23,747 nt of DNA from Geosiphon pyriformis uo1 (taxonomy: Eukaryota; Fungi; Glomeromycota), in assembly GCA_016748015.1 (NCBI GenBank), contig JAAOMT010000755.1, forward strand, positions 86,946 to 110,692, in the 5' to 3' direction. Position numbers and translations under genes: made by a program. Shown here one piece after another: positions 22,658 through 23,747 of this stretch. Under the pieces are notes generated by a model that was not told the DNA's origin, searched no databases, and saw nothing but the letters and a program-made list of their open reading frames with translations. Numbering within the stretch: the first letter of the stretch is position 1; each line of letters begins with the position of its first letter.

Positions 22658-23683
22658 ATGGGAGCAAAAAAAGAATTAACGATTGCTTAACGTAATACTA
22701 TATGCTTATTACAACAGTATGGCAAGAAATATCGTGATATTGCCAACATAGTCAATTGCAGCTTGACAACAGTTTTGGATACAATAAAACGATTTAAAGA
22801 AACTGGTTCAATTGATTCAAGGACGTCCACGTTTATTTACTCACCAAAAATATCGCCGAATTAACGTTTAGTAACACTTAATGGAAAAAATCGTCGTTTA
22901 TGTATTGCAAATATACGAACTCTTTGGAAACGAAAAACAAAGCAAACTATTTCTCTTAGAACTCTTCGGCGTGCTCTTAAATTGGTTGGATTACGAAATC
23001 GTTATGCAAGAAGGAAACCTTTAATCTCACCAGCAAATGTAGCAGCACGTCTTGCTTGGTGTATTAAACATCAAAATTGGACAAATCGAAAATGGGCAAG
23101 AGTATTATGGAGTGACGAATCAACTTTCTCTCAATTTCAACACAATCGGTCTAGTAAAGTATGGCGTGAACCATCTGAAGAATGGCAATTGTCTTGTGTA
23201 TCAGCAACAGTCAAACATAGTCCAAGTCGAATGTATTGGGCTTGTTTTTCACGACAAAACATTGGACCAATTGTACCATTATATCAAACGGTAAATGGTA
23301 CTAGACATGTTGAAATTCTTAACCATTATGCCTTACCAACTTTACAACGCATGTTTCCTAAAAACAATGGATGGTTTCAAGAAGATAATGCTACCCCTCA
23401 TCGATCAAAAACTGCCAAAGAATTTCATAGCAAAAACAAGTTACGTATTCTTTCTTGGCCTCCTCAAAGTCCAGATCTCAATCCAATTGAAAATTTATGG
23501 GCTATAGTAAAATGTAATATTCGTAAAAAAGAAAAACCGCCAACTACTCTTAAAAAACTTGATAAGTATGTTAAAGAAGCTTGGAAAGCAATTCCTAAAT
23601 CAACGATTATAAAATTAGTTGATAGTATGCCTCGACGTATTCAAGCAGTAATTATAGCACAAGGAGGACCAACAAAGTATTAA
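22658..23683 (+). pseudogene. Tc1 transposase, DD34E; N-terminal HTH region disrupted, catalytic domain open
   Basis: ATG at 22658 gives MGAKKELTIA*RNTI..YRDIANIVNCSLTTV, with TAA at 22688 and 22862. The GRPR motif (22821) is in a shifted frame between compensating frameshifts. Catalytic region reads WSDES, FQEDNATPH, SPDLNPIENLW (34 residues between D and E) and ends GGPTKY. Confidence 0.93.
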
Positions 23684-23747
23684 AAGCTTAATAGAAAATT
23701 TAGAAAATTACTATAAAATTATAAATATGTTGTTTATTTTGTTTTAT

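Larger units (their letters stand above)
22409..23747 (+). mobile_element. Tc1-family (DD34E) DNA transposon; right end lies beyond the window
   Basis: TA (22407-08) is followed by a Tc1-like terminus CAGAGGGTGTCCAAAAGT. GC and CpG content rise abruptly here, and a transposase follows. The right inverted repeat is not visible. Confidence 0.9.

Overview
This is very AT-rich eukaryotic DNA with short GT-AG introns. The gene families present (BTB-BACK-TLDc, Sel1 repeats, WxSGN-type tyrosine-kinase-like kinases) point to an arbuscular mycorrhizal fungus (Glomeromycotina); the taxon is inferred, not shown. I find no intact gene. From left to right the window holds: unidentified decayed DNA with three minisatellites (3.06-4.11 kb); two convergent BTB-BACK-TLDc pseudogenes (6.0-7.4 kb +, 10.2-11.6 kb -) with a class-3-lipase-like pseudogene between them; a Sel1-repeat/CxxC/kinase pseudogene (13.6-16.1 kb); a decayed Tc1 fragment (17.5-18.0 kb -); and a heavily C>T/G>A-mutated CACTA/EnSpm transposase (20.0-22.4 kb) that the ORF track does not reveal. 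A younger DD34E Tc1 element has inserted into the CACTA gene and runs from 22.4 kb past the window end. The most notable signals are (1) polarised, largely non-CpG C>T hypermutation resembling RIP, (2) a near-identical tract with shared stop codons between the inverted paralogues, and (3) a cluster of G1/S cell-cycle boxes upstream of the young Tc1 transposase. All translations and alignments were done by eye. Ancestral motifs are recalled family consensus, not database hits.
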